Positions 27,005 through 36,368 are shown, numbered from the stretch's first letter. The stretch is 64,000 nucleotides of DNA from an uncultured Chlorobiaceae bacterium (GCA_964596065.1 CAZQSM010000001.1:1623-65622); one strand, 5' to 3'. The notes: generated from the letters alone by a model not told the origin. A program made the numbers and translations.

Positions 27005-28018
27005 ATGGAAATCCTCCAACACCAATACCGCGCCCCGGACATCTACGGCGACGCCTGGATCAACGCGGAACCGGTCTCGATCTCGTCGCTCCAGGGCTCC
27101 GTCGGCCTCGTCGAGTTCTGGGATTATACGTCGCAGGGTTGGCAACGCGGCGTGCCGTACCTCCGGGAATGGGAACGGCGATACCGGGACGCCGGGCTGG
27201 TTGTCATCGGGGTGCATACTCCGAGATTCCCGTTCGGCCGCGATCCCGCGGCCGTGAGGAAGGCGGTCGACGCTTTCGGACTCCGCTACCCGGTCGTGAT
27301 GGACAACGATTACCTCGCCTGGGGCGCGTACCGGGCAACGATCTGGCCGACGAGGTATCTCATCGACAAAAACGGCCTCATCCGGTATGTCCAGGCAGGG
27401 GAGGGATCCTACCAGAACTTCGAACAGGCGATCCAGTCTCTGCTCCACGAAACCGGCAGCCTCAGGGACATCCCGTTACTGATGGAACCGGTGAGGGACC
27501 TGGACCGGCCCGGGGTCTACGCCTACAAGGCGACTCCCGAAATCCTCACGGGGTGGCAGCGGGGGACCATCGGCAACATTGAGGGGTTCGCTCCGGAATC
27601 GACCATCCGCTATTCCGACCCGGGTGTCTACGTGGAGGGGAGAATTTATCTCCACGGGGAGTGGAGCACGCACCGTTCCCACATCCGTCTGAGCGAGGCG
27701 GAGGGGGGGACGGGGAGCCTGACGTTCCGCTACCACGCGAGGGAGGTCAACATCGTCCTCGAGCCGGAAGGAGAAAAACATTTCCAGGCCATCATCCGGC
27801 AGGACGGCAAGGCCCTCGACCCGACGAATTCGGGGGAGGACGTCTTCTCCGACGGGGAGGGACGCAGCTTTCTGAGGGTGGACGAGGCGCGACTCTTCCG
27901 CGTCGTGAAGAACCCGGAATACGGCGAGCACACGCTGACCCTCACGTCCCGGTCCAACGGCCTCTCGGTCTACTGCATCTCCTTCGTATCCGGCGTGATC
28001 CCGGAACTGATCTCCTGA
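27005..28018 (+). CDS. DipZ-C-terminal-like thioredoxin-fold protein lacking the CxxC motif
   Basis: APDIYGDAWIN, LVEFWDYTSQGW, GLVVIGVHTPRFPF, YPVVMDNDY..W..WPTRYLID..G.IRY..GEGSY, and a DipZ-like second domain (FRYHAREVNIVL). Confidence 0.75.
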   Translation: MEILQHQYRAPDIYGDAWINAEPVSISSLQGSVGLVEFWDYTSQGWQRGVPYLREWERRYRDAGLVVIGVHTPRFPFGRDPAAVRKAVDAFGLRYPVVMDNDYLAWGAYRATIWPTRYLIDKNGLIRYVQAGEGSYQNFEQAIQSLLHETGSLRDIPLLMEPVRDLDRPGVYAYKATPEILTGWQRGTIGNIEGFAPESTIRYSDPGVYVEGRIYLHGEWSTHRSHIRLSEAEGGTGSLTFRYHAREVNIVLEPEGEKHFQAIIRQDGKALDPTNSGEDVFSDGEGRSFLRVDEARLFRVVKNPEYGEHTLTLTSRSNGLSVYCISFVSGVIPELIS

Positions 28019-28056
28019 TTGCGCCCGCCCTCCGGGTTTCATTTTATCACAAACCG

Positions 28057-28067
28057 TGCTATCTTTG
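28057..28067 (+). promoter_or_regulatory. Extended -10 promoter immediately before metH
   Basis: TG-C-TATCTT(TG); predicted +1 falls at or next to the A of ATG 28073; no SD sequence. Confidence 0.55.
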
Positions 28068-28072
28068 ACGCC

Positions 28073-31000
28073 ATGAAGGCATTCAAGGAACTCCTCCGCG
28101 AAAAAATCGTCGTTTTCGACGGAGCGATGGGCACGAGCATCCAGGCCAGAAACCCCACCGCCGATGATTACGGCGGGGAGCGGCTCGCCGGCTGCAACGA
28201 ATACCTCGTCATCAGCAACCCCGCCATGATCCGCGACGTCCACGCCGGTTTTCTCGAGGCCGGGGCGGATGTCATCGAGACCGACACCTTCGGGGGCACC
28301 TCGGTGGTGCTCGCAGAGTACGGCCTCCAGGAGAGGGTGTTCGAGCTGAACCGGGCGGCGGCCAGGCTGGCGCGGGAGACGGCCGACCAGTTCACCACCC
28401 CGGCGAGGCCCCGATTCGTCGCCGGTTCCATGGGGCCGACCACGAAACTCCCGACACTCGGGCACATCACCTTCGGCGAGCTGGAACGGGCGTTTTACGA
28501 TCAGGCGGCGGGGCTCGCCGAGGGAGGCACGGACCTCCTCGTGATCGAGACGTGCCAGGACCTGCTGCAGGCCAAGGCGGCTCTCGCCGGCGTCCGGCGG
28601 TACTTCCTCGACGCGAGGCGATCGCTGCCGGTCATCGTCTCGGTCACCGTCGAACAGACCGGCACGATGCTCCTCGGCACGGAGATCGCCGCCGCACTCA
28701 CTGCGCTCGAACCGTTCAACCCCGACATGATCGGGATGAATTGCGCCACCGGACCGAAGGAGATGTCGGAGAGCATACGCCACCTCTGCCACCACAGCCC
28801 GTTTCCCGTCTTCGTGATGCCCAACGCCGGCATCCCTGAAAATGTCGGCGGGCTCGCGCACTACCACCTCACGCCCGCGGAGCTGGTCCGGTATCTCGGC
28901 CATTTCGTCTCCGACCTGGGCGTGTCGGCGGTCGGCGGCTGCTGCGGCACGACACCCGAACACATCCGCGCGCTCGCCGACGCGGTCGGCCGGGTCTCCC
29001 CGCCGGAGCGATCGTGGACGCCCGCGCCGGGGGTCTCGAGCCTCTACCAGCACGTGCCGTACCGGGTCCTCCCCGCGCCGACGCTCGTGGGCGAGCGGAC
29101 CAACGCCAACGGCAGCCGTAAATTCCGCGACCTCCTCGCCTCCGAGGACTGGGAGGCGATGACCGGGATGGGGAAGGAGCAGGAACGGGAAGGTGCGCAC
29201 CTGCTCGACGTCTGCGTCGCGTTCGTCGGTCGGGACGAATCGCGCGACATGCGCGAATTCATCCCACGGCTCAACACCCAGGTCACGCTTCCCCTGATGA
29301 TCGACTCGACCGAACCGCCGGTGATCGAGGAGGCCCTGATGCGGATCTCCGGGAAGGCGATCGTCAACTCGGTCAACTTCGAGGACGGCGGGGAGCGCCT
29401 CCACAAGGTGCTCGGCCTCTGCCGGAAATACGGCGCCGCGGTCGTGGCGCTCACCATCGACGAGCAGGGGATGGCGAAATCGGTGGAACGCAAGGAGGCG
29501 ATCGCCCGGCGGATCCTCGAAACGGCCACCGGGACGTACGGCATGCGCGGGAGCGACGTCATTTTCGATCCCCTGACGTTCACGCTCGGTTCCGGCGACC
29601 CGGAATTCCGGGACGCGGGAATCAACACGCTGAACGCGATCCGGGCCATCAAGAAGAATCATCCGGACATCCAGACCAGCCTCGGCGTGAGCAACATCTC
29701 CTTCGGCCTTTCCCCGCGCACCCGCACCGTGCTCAACAGCGTGTTCCTGCACCACGCGATCGAGGCGGGACTGGACATGGCCATCGTGCACGCGTCCAAA
29801 ATCGTTCCGCTCTACCGGATACCCGAGGAGGAGCGGGAGGCGTGCCGGAAGCTCATCTTCAACGACCGCGCCGGCGGCGCCGACCCGCTCGAGCGGCTCC
29901 TCGCGCTCTTCTCCGGACACGCGGCCGTGGAACGCGCCGCCCCGTCGCCGGACGCACCGATTGCGGAACGGCTCAAACGGCGGGTGGTCGACGGGAACAA
30001 GGTCGGGCTCCCCGCCGACCTCGACGTCGCGCTCACCACGACGCGGGCCCTCGACATCATCAACGACATCCTCCTCGACGGGATGAAAACCGTGGGGGAA
30101 CTCTTCGGAAGCGGGCAGATGCAGCTCCCGTTCGTGCTGCAATCGGCCGAGGTGATGAAAAGCGCCGTCGCCTACCTGGAACAATTCATGGACAAGGCCG
30201 ACAGCGCCACGAAGGGGACGATCGTGCTCGCCACGGTGAAGGGTGACGTCCACGACATCGGGAAAAACCTCGTCGACATCATCCTCACGAACAACGGCTA
30301 CCGGGTGATCAACCTCGGGATCCAGTGCGCGCTCGAGACGATGCTCGACGCGTGGCGGAACAACGGCGCTGACGCCATCGGGATGTCGGGGCTGCTCGTG
30401 AAGTCGACGCTCATCATGAAGGAAAACCTCGAGGTGCTCACGGAGCGGAGGCTGGAGATCCCGGTGATCCTCGGCGGAGCGGCGCTGACCCGCCGTTACG
30501 TCGAGCAGGACCTGGACTCCGTCTATCCCGGAAGGGTCTTTTATGCGCGAGACGCGTTCGACGGCCTGCGCCTCATGGAGCGGATCAGGGGAGGGGGGAT
30601 CGCCGGGCGCGGTCCGGCCGTCCTCCCGGCCCCGCCCGACGGCGCGGGGGCGGACATCGACACCGACGACCCAGGGACCGGCTTCGAGGCGAAGGTGCTG
30701 CTGGCGTCTGCGGAAGGACCCGGATCGCCCACTCCCCGGAGCGTGCCGTCGGCGCCGCCGGTCTCGGTCCCGTTCTACGGAACCAGGGTAGTGCGGGGGG
30801 TCCCGACCGGGGATGTGTACGACTATATCAACACGACGGCGCTGATCCGCGGGCAGTGGCAGGTGAAAAGGGGAACGCTCACTCCGGACGCCTACCGGAG
30901 GCTCCTCGAAGAAAAAATATACCCTGAGCTCGACCGGCTCAAGACCGAGGCGGGCCGCGAGGGGTTGATCAGGCCGGAGGTGGTCTACGGATACTATCCC

Positions 31001-31594
31001 TGCCGTCCGGAGGGCGACGACCTCGTCCTCTACGTCCCCGAGGGGCACGCCGACCCGTCGGACCGATGGGATCCGCGCGACGCCAGGCCGTTGCGGGAGA
31101 TCCTCCGGTTCAGCTTCCCCCGCCAGAAGCGGGACCGGCGGCTCTGCATCGCCGATTATTTTCACCCGTCCGCGCCGGACGGGTATGAGCTCATCGGCGT
31201 TCAGCTGGTGACCGTCGGAGCGAAGGCCTCCGAACACGCGAAGATGCTCTTCGACTCCGACCGCTACCGGGAGTACCTCTATTTCCACGGCCTGAGCGTT
31301 GAATCCGCCGAGGGCCTGGCCGAGTACTGGCACAAGGTCGTCAGGGGTGAAATGGGGATCGGGGGGGATGACGCGGCCGACATAAAAAAACTCTTCAGCC
31401 AGCACTACCGTGGATCCCGCTACAGCTTCGGGTACCCCGCTTGCCCGTCGCTCGAAGACCAGGCGAAACTTTTCGTCCTTCTTAAACCGGAGCGCATCGG
31501 CGTGACACTGACGGAGGAATTCCAGCTTGTCCCCGAACAGTCGACGTCCGCCATCATCGTCCACCACCCCGAAGCCCGATATTTCACCCTGTAA
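28073..31594 (+). CDS. metH: Cobalamin-dependent methionine synthase
   Basis: DGAMGT, GMNCA and GGCCG (Zn ligands), GERTNANGS, DVHDIGKN (B12-binding), RYSFGYPACP, PEQSTSA. Confidence 0.97.
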   Translation: MKAFKELLREKIVVFDGAMGTSIQARNPTADDYGGERLAGCNEYLVISNPAMIRDVHAGFLEAGADVIETDTFGGTSVVLAEYGLQERVFELNRAAARLARETADQFTTPARPRFVAGSMGPTTKLPTLGHITFGELERAFYDQAAGLAEGGTDLLVIETCQDLLQAKAALAGVRRYFLDARRSLPVIVSVTVEQTGTMLLGTEIAAALTALEPFNPDMIGMNCATGPKEMSESIRHLCHHSPFPVFVMPNAGIPENVGGLAHYHLTPAELVRYLGHFVSDLGVSAVGGCCGTTPEHIRALADAVGRVSPPERSWTPAPGVSSLYQHVPYRVLPAPTLVGERTNANGSRKFRDLLASEDWEAMTGMGKEQEREGAHLLDVCVAFVGRDESRDMREFIPRLNTQVTLPLMIDSTEPPVIEEALMRISGKAIVNSVNFEDGGERLHKVLGLCRKYGAAVVALTIDEQGMAKSVERKEAIARRILETATGTYGMRGSDVIFDPLTFTLGSGDPEFRDAGINTLNAIRAIKKNHPDIQTSLGVSNISFGLSPRTRTVLNSVFLHHAIEAGLDMAIVHASKIVPLYRIPEEEREACRKLIFNDRAGGADPLERLLALFSGHAAVERAAPSPDAPIAERLKRRVVDGNKVGLPADLDVALTTTRALDIINDILLDGMKTVGELFGSGQMQLPFVLQSAEVMKSAVAYLEQFMDKADSATKGTIVLATVKGDVHDIGKNLVDIILTNNGYRVINLGIQCALETMLDAWRNNGADAIGMSGLLVKSTLIMKENLEVLTERRLEIPVILGGAALTRRYVEQDLDSVYPGRVFYARDAFDGLRLMERIRGGGIAGRGPAVLPAPPDGAGADIDTDDPGTGFEAKVLLASAEGPGSPTPRSVPSAPPVSVPFYGTRVVRGVPTGDVYDYINTTALIRGQWQVKRGTLTPDAYRRLLEEKIYPELDRLKTEAGREGLIRPEVVYGYYPCRPEGDDLVLYVPEGHADPSDRWDPRDARPLREILRFSFPRQKRDRRLCIADYFHPSAPDGYELIGVQLVTVGAKASEHAKMLFDSDRYREYLYFHGLSVESAEGLAEYWHKVVRGEMGIGGDDAADIKKLFSQHYRGSRYSFGYPACPSLEDQAKLFVLLKPERIGVTLTEEFQLVPEQSTSAIIVHHPEARYFTL

Positions 31595-31639
31595 GGGGCA
31601 CGACCGCTTTGGAAATTCCTCGGGATTTGCCTATAATCC

Positions 31640-32020
31640 ATGAAGACGGTTGATATTGTCGAATTTCGCAGGGCGATCGTCGAATTCAACGAAGGTCGTT
31701 ATTTTGAATGCCACGACACGCTCGAGGCGCTCTGGGTCCTCGCTTCCGGGGACGAACGGCGCTACCTGCAGGGACTGATCCAGGTCTCCGTCGGGTTTTA
31801 CCACTTTTTCAACGGCAACCCCAGCGGGGCCATCAGCCAGTGGGGGAAGGGGAGCCGGAAGCTCGGGACGTTCGGCCACGGGTACGGTGGTGTGGATCAT
31901 CAGGCCCTCATTGACAGCGTGACGGAATGGACGGGGATCGCTTCGCGGATCCTCTGCGGGGAAACGGTTTCGACGGAAAACGTGAAGACACCGATTGTAC
32001 ACATTAACCTCAACAGTTAA
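31640..32020 (+). CDS. DUF309-family protein
   Basis: FNEGRYFECHDTLEALW..YLQGLIQVSV..H. Confidence 0.8.
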   Translation: MKTVDIVEFRRAIVEFNEGRYFECHDTLEALWVLASGDERRYLQGLIQVSVGFYHFFNGNPSGAISQWGKGSRKLGTFGHGYGGVDHQALIDSVTEWTGIASRILCGETVSTENVKTPIVHINLNS

Positions 32021-32031
32021 CGGAGAGAACC

Positions 32032-32370
32032 ATGGCCACGATGATCACGGAAGAGTGCATCAACTGCGGAGCGTGCGATCCCGAATGCCCCAACACGGCG
32101 ATCTACGCGGGGGGCGTCAATTGGGAGTTGAACGGCGCGTCGAACCCCGCACTCTCGGCGGAATTTTATTACATCGTCCCGGAAAAATGCACCGAATGCG
32201 TCGGACATTTCGACCAGGAACAATGCGCCGCGGTCTGCCCGGTCGATTGCTGCGTGCCGGATCCCAACCACGTGGAATCGGAAGAGGAACTCTTCGCGCG
32301 CGCGAAACAACTCCATCCCTCGAAGGAATTCGCCGAGCTCTCCGCGGCGACATCGCACTTCAGGAAATAA
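32032..32370 (+). CDS. YfhL-family 2x[4Fe-4S] ferredoxin
   Basis: CINCGACDPECP and CTECVGHFDQEQCAAVCPVDCC. Confidence 0.92.
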   Translation: MATMITEECINCGACDPECPNTAIYAGGVNWELNGASNPALSAEFYYIVPEKCTECVGHFDQEQCAAVCPVDCCVPDPNHVESEEELFARAKQLHPSKEFAELSAATSHFRK

Positions 32371-32391
32371 CCCCCGGGTAATCCGGGTGAG

Positions 32392-32425
32392 AGGTCGGTT
32401 GGACGTCCGTTCAACCGGCCTTTTT
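32392..32425 (+). terminator. Intrinsic terminator after the ferredoxin
   Basis: AGGTCGGTTGGACG/CGTTCAACCGGCCT stem followed by TTTT. Confidence 0.75.
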
Positions 32426-32433
32426 GCATTCAC

Positions 32434-33285
32434 ATGAAGATCGGCCCCTATACGATCGACCCGGTCGAAACCGGCCGCTTCGCCCTCGACGGCGGGGCGA
32501 TGTTTGGCGTCGTCCCCAAACCCCTCTGGAGCCGGACCAACCCGGCGGACGAGCGGAACAGGATCACCCTCGCCGCCAGGGCGCTCCTCCTCCGGGACGG
32601 CCGGCGGACCATCCTGGTGGACAACGGGAACGGGTCGAAGTTCTCCGACAAGCTGCGCGACATCTACCGTCTCGACACCGCGGCGGGCGACCTGCGATCG
32701 TCCCTCGGCGCTCTCGGTGTGACGCCGGACGATGTCACCGATGTCGTCCTGACGCACCTCCATTTCGACCATGCCGGCGGCTCGACGACCGTCGTGGACG
32801 GTCGGGCCGTCCCGACGTTTCCCAACGCGAGACATTACGTGCAGCTCGCGCACTGGGAGCAGGCGATGAATCCGACCCCGAAGGACCGCGCGAGCTTTTT
32901 CCCCGACGATTACATGCCGCTGAAAACGGAAGGGCTGCTCGAATTTACCGACGGTGAGGGGGAGCTCTTTCCCGGAATCAGGCTGCTGGTGATGAACGGC
33001 CACACGGCCGCGCAGCAGCTGCCACTGATCACGGATGGGGCCACCACGCTGCTCTACTGCTGCGACCTTTTCCCGACAGTGGCCCACATCCCGCTGCCCT
33101 ACGTCATGGCCTACGACCTCCGCCCGCTCACGACGATGGCGGAAAAGGAATCGGTGCTGGAGCGCGCCGCGGCCGGGCGCTGGGTCCTTTTTTTCGAACA
33201 CGATCCCGGGACGGCCGCGTGTACGGTCAAGCGGGGGGAGCGTGGAGTGGTTTTCGATGCCGCGGTCGGGTTCGACAGCCCCTGA
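32434..33285 (+). CDS. Metallo-beta-lactamase-fold hydrolase (YtnP-like)
   Basis: LDGGAMFGVVPK.LW, THLHFDHAGG, GHT, DLFP, FFEHDP. Confidence 0.88.
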   Translation: MKIGPYTIDPVETGRFALDGGAMFGVVPKPLWSRTNPADERNRITLAARALLLRDGRRTILVDNGNGSKFSDKLRDIYRLDTAAGDLRSSLGALGVTPDDVTDVVLTHLHFDHAGGSTTVVDGRAVPTFPNARHYVQLAHWEQAMNPTPKDRASFFPDDYMPLKTEGLLEFTDGEGELFPGIRLLVMNGHTAAQQLPLITDGATTLLYCCDLFPTVAHIPLPYVMAYDLRPLTTMAEKESVLERAAAGRWVLFFEHDPGTAACTVKRGERGVVFDAAVGFDSP

Positions 33286-33598
33286 CGCGGAGGAATGGGT
33301 CCGGGTCGGCTCGATGCGCGAGCTCTCGCGCGTCGGCCGCGTGAGGGTCCAATCGGGCGGGAAGGACCTCATCCTGGTGATGTGCGACAGGCAGGTCTAC
33401 GCCTGCGACAATACCTGCGCGCACCAGCATTTTGCCATGCTCCACAGCGGAACGCTCAACGGTTGCCTCGTCACCTGCCCGATGCACGGCTGGACGTTCG
33501 ACGTCCGGACCGGGCGCTCGACCGCCGGCGAAGGACGGATCGCCACGTACGCGGTCCGGGTGCGTGGCGACGACGTGTTCATGCGGAGCGGCGCGTGA
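33257..33598 (+). CDS. Rieske [2Fe-2S] ferredoxin
   Basis: CAH..CPMHGWTFD; start taken as ATG 33257. Confidence 0.85.
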   Translation: MPRSGSTAPDAEEWVRVGSMRELSRVGRVRVQSGGKDLILVMCDRQVYACDNTCAHQHFAMLHSGTLNGCLVTCPMHGWTFDVRTGRSTAGEGRIATYAVRVRGDDVFMRSGA

Positions 33599-34593
33599 GC
33601 GGCGCGGTTCAGCCGGCCGCGGCAGGCGGCGCATCCCTGAAGGACTTCATACGGGCGAAGTCCCGCGAGCTCGGCATCGACCTTGTCGGATTCGCGCGGG
33701 TCACGGAACCGGGTGTGGAACGCGAACGCCTCGACCGGTGGTTCGAAGAGGGCCGGCACGGCACGATGGCCTGGATGGAGAAAAACCGGGAACGGCGCGC
33801 CGACCCGGCCCTGGTCCTCGGGGGCGTCAGGACGATCGTTTCGGCCGCCCTCAACTACGCGACGCCGCAGCGTCACTCGGGCGCTCCCGGGACCGGCAAA
33901 GTGTCGCGCTACGCGTGGGGGGACGATTACCATGACATCCTGGGGAACCGGCTCAAGGCGCTGCTGGCCGCCGTACAGGAGTTCGATCCGTCAGTCGGCG
34001 GGAAGTATTACGTGGACACCGGTCCCGTGATGGAGAAGGTCTGGGCCCAGCGGGCGGGTCTCGGATGGCAGGGAAAGCACACGAACCTGATTTCACAGGA
34101 GCTGGGGTCCTGGATCTTCCTGGGCGAGGTGCTCCTGACCGCGGAAATCGAACCTGACGCGCCCGAGACCGATCACTGCGGACAGTGTACGCTCTGCATC
34201 GAGGCGTGCCCTACCGGCGCGATCATCGAACCGTACCTGCTGGACGCCCGGCTGTGCATCTCGTACCTGACCATCGAACGGCGGGAACCGATACCCGACG
34301 ACCTCGAAGCCCTGCTCGACGGCTGGGTCTACGGGTGCGACGTCTGCCAGGACGTCTGCCCCTGGAACGATCGCGCGGTGGACTCCCCCGAGGGCGCGTT
34401 CGCGCCCCGGCCGGGGAACGTCGACCGGGACCTCCGTGCCTTGATCGAGATCTCGGAGGAGGATTTTCGGACGGAGTTCAGGAAGAGCCCGATGCGCCGG
34501 GCGGGACGCGAAGCGTTGTCCCGCACAGCCCGGGCGCTGCTGGACGCGGAAAACAACCACCATCATACGACAGATGAAAACCATGGAACGTAA
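33595..34593 (+). CDS. queG: tRNA epoxyqueuosine(34) reductase (cobalamin- and 2x4Fe-4S-dependent)
   Basis: VSRYAWGDDYH, VDTGP, GLGWQGK, CGQCTLCIEACP, CISYLTIE, GCDVCQDVCPWN; GTGA overlap with the Rieske gene. Confidence 0.95.
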   Translation: MSGAVQPAAAGGASLKDFIRAKSRELGIDLVGFARVTEPGVERERLDRWFEEGRHGTMAWMEKNRERRADPALVLGGVRTIVSAALNYATPQRHSGAPGTGKVSRYAWGDDYHDILGNRLKALLAAVQEFDPSVGGKYYVDTGPVMEKVWAQRAGLGWQGKHTNLISQELGSWIFLGEVLLTAEIEPDAPETDHCGQCTLCIEACPTGAIIEPYLLDARLCISYLTIERREPIPDDLEALLDGWVYGCDVCQDVCPWNDRAVDSPEGAFAPRPGNVDRDLRALIEISEEDFRTEFRKSPMRRAGREALSRTARALLDAENNHHHTTDENHGT

Positions 34594-35524
34594 GGAAAAC
34601 GTCATCATCATCGGCTCCGGCCCCGCCGGCCTTACCGCGGCGCTCTACACCGCGAGGGCAAACTTCAAACCCCTCATTTTCGAGGGGATCCAACCGGGAG
34701 GGCAGCTCACCATCACCACGGACGTGGAAAATTACCCCGGATTCCCGGACGGGATCCTCGGTCCCGACCTGATGGACCGGTTCCGCCAACAGGCCCAGCG
34801 GTTTGACGCGCGCACACTCTTCCAGGACGTCACGAAAGTCGATTTCCGGGAGAAACCCTTCACCGTCTGGTCGGGCGATGAAACACACCGCGCCGACGCC
34901 ATCATCATCGCCACGGGCGCGTCCGCGAAATGGCTGGGCCTTCCCTCGGAACAGCGGTACATGGGACACGGCGTCTCGGCCTGTGCCACCTGCGACGGGT
35001 TTTTCTTCAAGGGGCTCGAAGTGGCAGTCGTGGGGGGAGGGGACACCGCCATGGAGGAGGCGAATTTCCTGACTCGTTTCGCCTCGAAGGTGACCATCAT
35101 CCATCGCCGGGACAAACTCCGCGCCTCGAAAATCATGCAGGACCGGACGCTCGCGAACCCGAAGATCTCCGTCCTCTACGACAGCACCATCGAGGAAATC
35201 CTCGGCACGGAGGACGGGGGAAAAAAATCGGTGACCGGAATCCGAGTGCGAAACGCGAACGACGGATCGAGGCGGGATCTGCCGATGAACGGCGTGTTCA
35301 TGGGCATCGGGCACAAGCCGAACACCGACCTGTTCCGGGGTCAGATCGACCTCAACGAGAGCGGATACATCGCCGTGTCGCCCGGGACCACGAAGACGAA
35401 CGTCGAAGGGGTGTTCGCGGCGGGCGACGTTTCGGATCCGCACTACAGGCAGGCCGTCACCGCCGCCGGCACCGGTTGCATGGCTGCGATGGACGCTGAA
35501 CGGTATCTCGAATCGAAACACTGA
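34574..35524 (+). CDS. trxB: NADPH thioredoxin reductase
   Basis: GSGPAG, GGQL, CATCDG, GGGDTA, HRRD, GVFAAGD, RQAVTAAG. Confidence 0.96.
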   Translation: MKTMERKENVIIIGSGPAGLTAALYTARANFKPLIFEGIQPGGQLTITTDVENYPGFPDGILGPDLMDRFRQQAQRFDARTLFQDVTKVDFREKPFTVWSGDETHRADAIIIATGASAKWLGLPSEQRYMGHGVSACATCDGFFFKGLEVAVVGGGDTAMEEANFLTRFASKVTIIHRRDKLRASKIMQDRTLANPKISVLYDSTIEEILGTEDGGKKSVTGIRVRNANDGSRRDLPMNGVFMGIGHKPNTDLFRGQIDLNESGYIAVSPGTTKTNVEGVFAAGDVSDPHYRQAVTAAGTGCMAAMDAERYLESKH

Positions 35525-35552
35525 CACCGTCGAACAATTTGACCGAACAATA

Positions 35553-35568
35553 TGTCACCGGGGTGACA
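35553..35568. promoter_or_regulatory. Palindrome, possible enhancer-binding-protein site
   Basis: TGTCACC-GG-GGTGACA; imperfect second copy GGTCACCCGCTGACA at 35597-35611. Confidence 0.45.
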
Positions 35569-35672
35569 ATTCGTCGCCGGGACCTGAAATAATGAAGGTC
35601 ACCCGCTGACACTCTGGCACGCCCCCCCGAACGCCCGCCCCTCCTCGGCGCTCCTTGATTGATCGGCGGTTC

Positions 35673-35687
35673 TGGCACGGGAGTTGT
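35673..35687 (+). promoter_or_regulatory. sigma54-like -24/-12 promoter of hsp20
   Basis: TGGCACG-GGAG-TTGT versus consensus TGGCACG-N4-TTGC (one mismatch). Confidence 0.55.
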
Positions 35688-35753
35688 TTTTTATTCCCGC
35701 AGAGATCGGAATCAACCATCATCAACAACAGTATTTGAAAGGAGCGTATCACA

Positions 35754-36239
35754 ATGACGTTAATCCGATGGAAACCCGGACTGAACGTGGCACGCTGGTC
35801 CCCGGTGACCGACCTGGCGGCGGAATTCCTGAACTTCAGGAACGATTTCGACAGGGCGTTCGACCGGTATCTCGGTGACGCGCGGGATTCCCTGCGCACA
35901 ACGGAATTCTGGCCGACGGCCGATGTGCTGGAACACGAAAATGGTTTTACCGTCAAGGTCGAGCTTCCCGGTGTGCCGAAGGAAGACGTGAAGATCACGG
36001 TCGCCGAAGGCGTTCTCACAGTCCGCGGGGAGAAGAAACGTGAGGCGGAAACGAAAGCGAAGGACGGCGAAACCCGGAGCCTGGAACGGTTCCATGGTTC
36101 GTTCGAGCGTTCGTTCACGCTTCCCACGTCCGTAGCCCCGGAGAAGATCGCCGCGACCTACGCGAACGGGCTCCTCACGATCGACATCCCGAAGGCGGAA
36201 CACTCGAAACAGCGGGAAATCGAAGTGGCAGTCGGCTGA
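35754..36239 (+). CDS. Hsp20/alpha-crystallin small heat-shock protein
   Basis: WPTADVLE, VELPGV.KEDVKI, LTVRGEK, ERFHGSFERSFTLP, A.Y.NGLLTIDIPK. Confidence 0.93.
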   Translation: MTLIRWKPGLNVARWSPVTDLAAEFLNFRNDFDRAFDRYLGDARDSLRTTEFWPTADVLEHENGFTVKVELPGVPKEDVKITVAEGVLTVRGEKKREAETKAKDGETRSLERFHGSFERSFTLPTSVAPEKIAATYANGLLTIDIPKAEHSKQREIEVAVG

Positions 36240-36261
36240 CGGCCGGGCTGGTCAGACGATG

Positions 36262-36294
36262 GCGTCCGGATCTCCGCGATCCGGGCGCTTTTTT
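36262..36294 (+). terminator. Intrinsic terminator of hsp20
   Basis: GCGTCCGGATC-tccgc-GATCCGGGCGC followed by TTTTTT. Confidence 0.85.
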
Positions 36295-36339
36295 ATTTTT
36301 CCCCTTTCCAGCCTCCGGTGACGCAGGAATTCACCTCCC

Positions 36340-36368
36340 TTGACTTTTTCAGGACAATTTCGTATAAT
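36340..36368 (+). promoter_or_regulatory. Near-consensus sigma70 promoter about 200 nt upstream of hup
   Basis: TTGACT - 17 nt - TATAAT. Confidence 0.8.

Noticed and set aside
27476-31567. 1363-aa minus-strand ORF
   Set aside because: Antisense shadow of metH in high-GC DNA; no recognisable motifs, whereas the plus strand carries all MetH motifs
31609-31637. TTGGAA-17-TATAAT as the DUF309 promoter
   Set aside because: The -10 ends only 2 nt before ATG 31640, so +1 would fall inside the ORF; role unresolved
34574-35524. TrxB-like ferredoxin-NADP reductase (Chlorobi type)
   Set aside because: It retains the CATC disulfide and the standard NADPH motifs of a true thioredoxin reductase
35615-35629. 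Second TGGCACG motif as a sigma54 promoter (also one near 4487)
   Set aside because: No TTGC-like -12 element at the required spacing
35699-35753. ROSE thermometer or CIRCE upstream of hsp20
   Set aside because: The leader is unstructured and C/A-rich, with no U(U/C)GCU SD-pairing hairpin and no TTAGCACTC-N9-GAGTGCTAA
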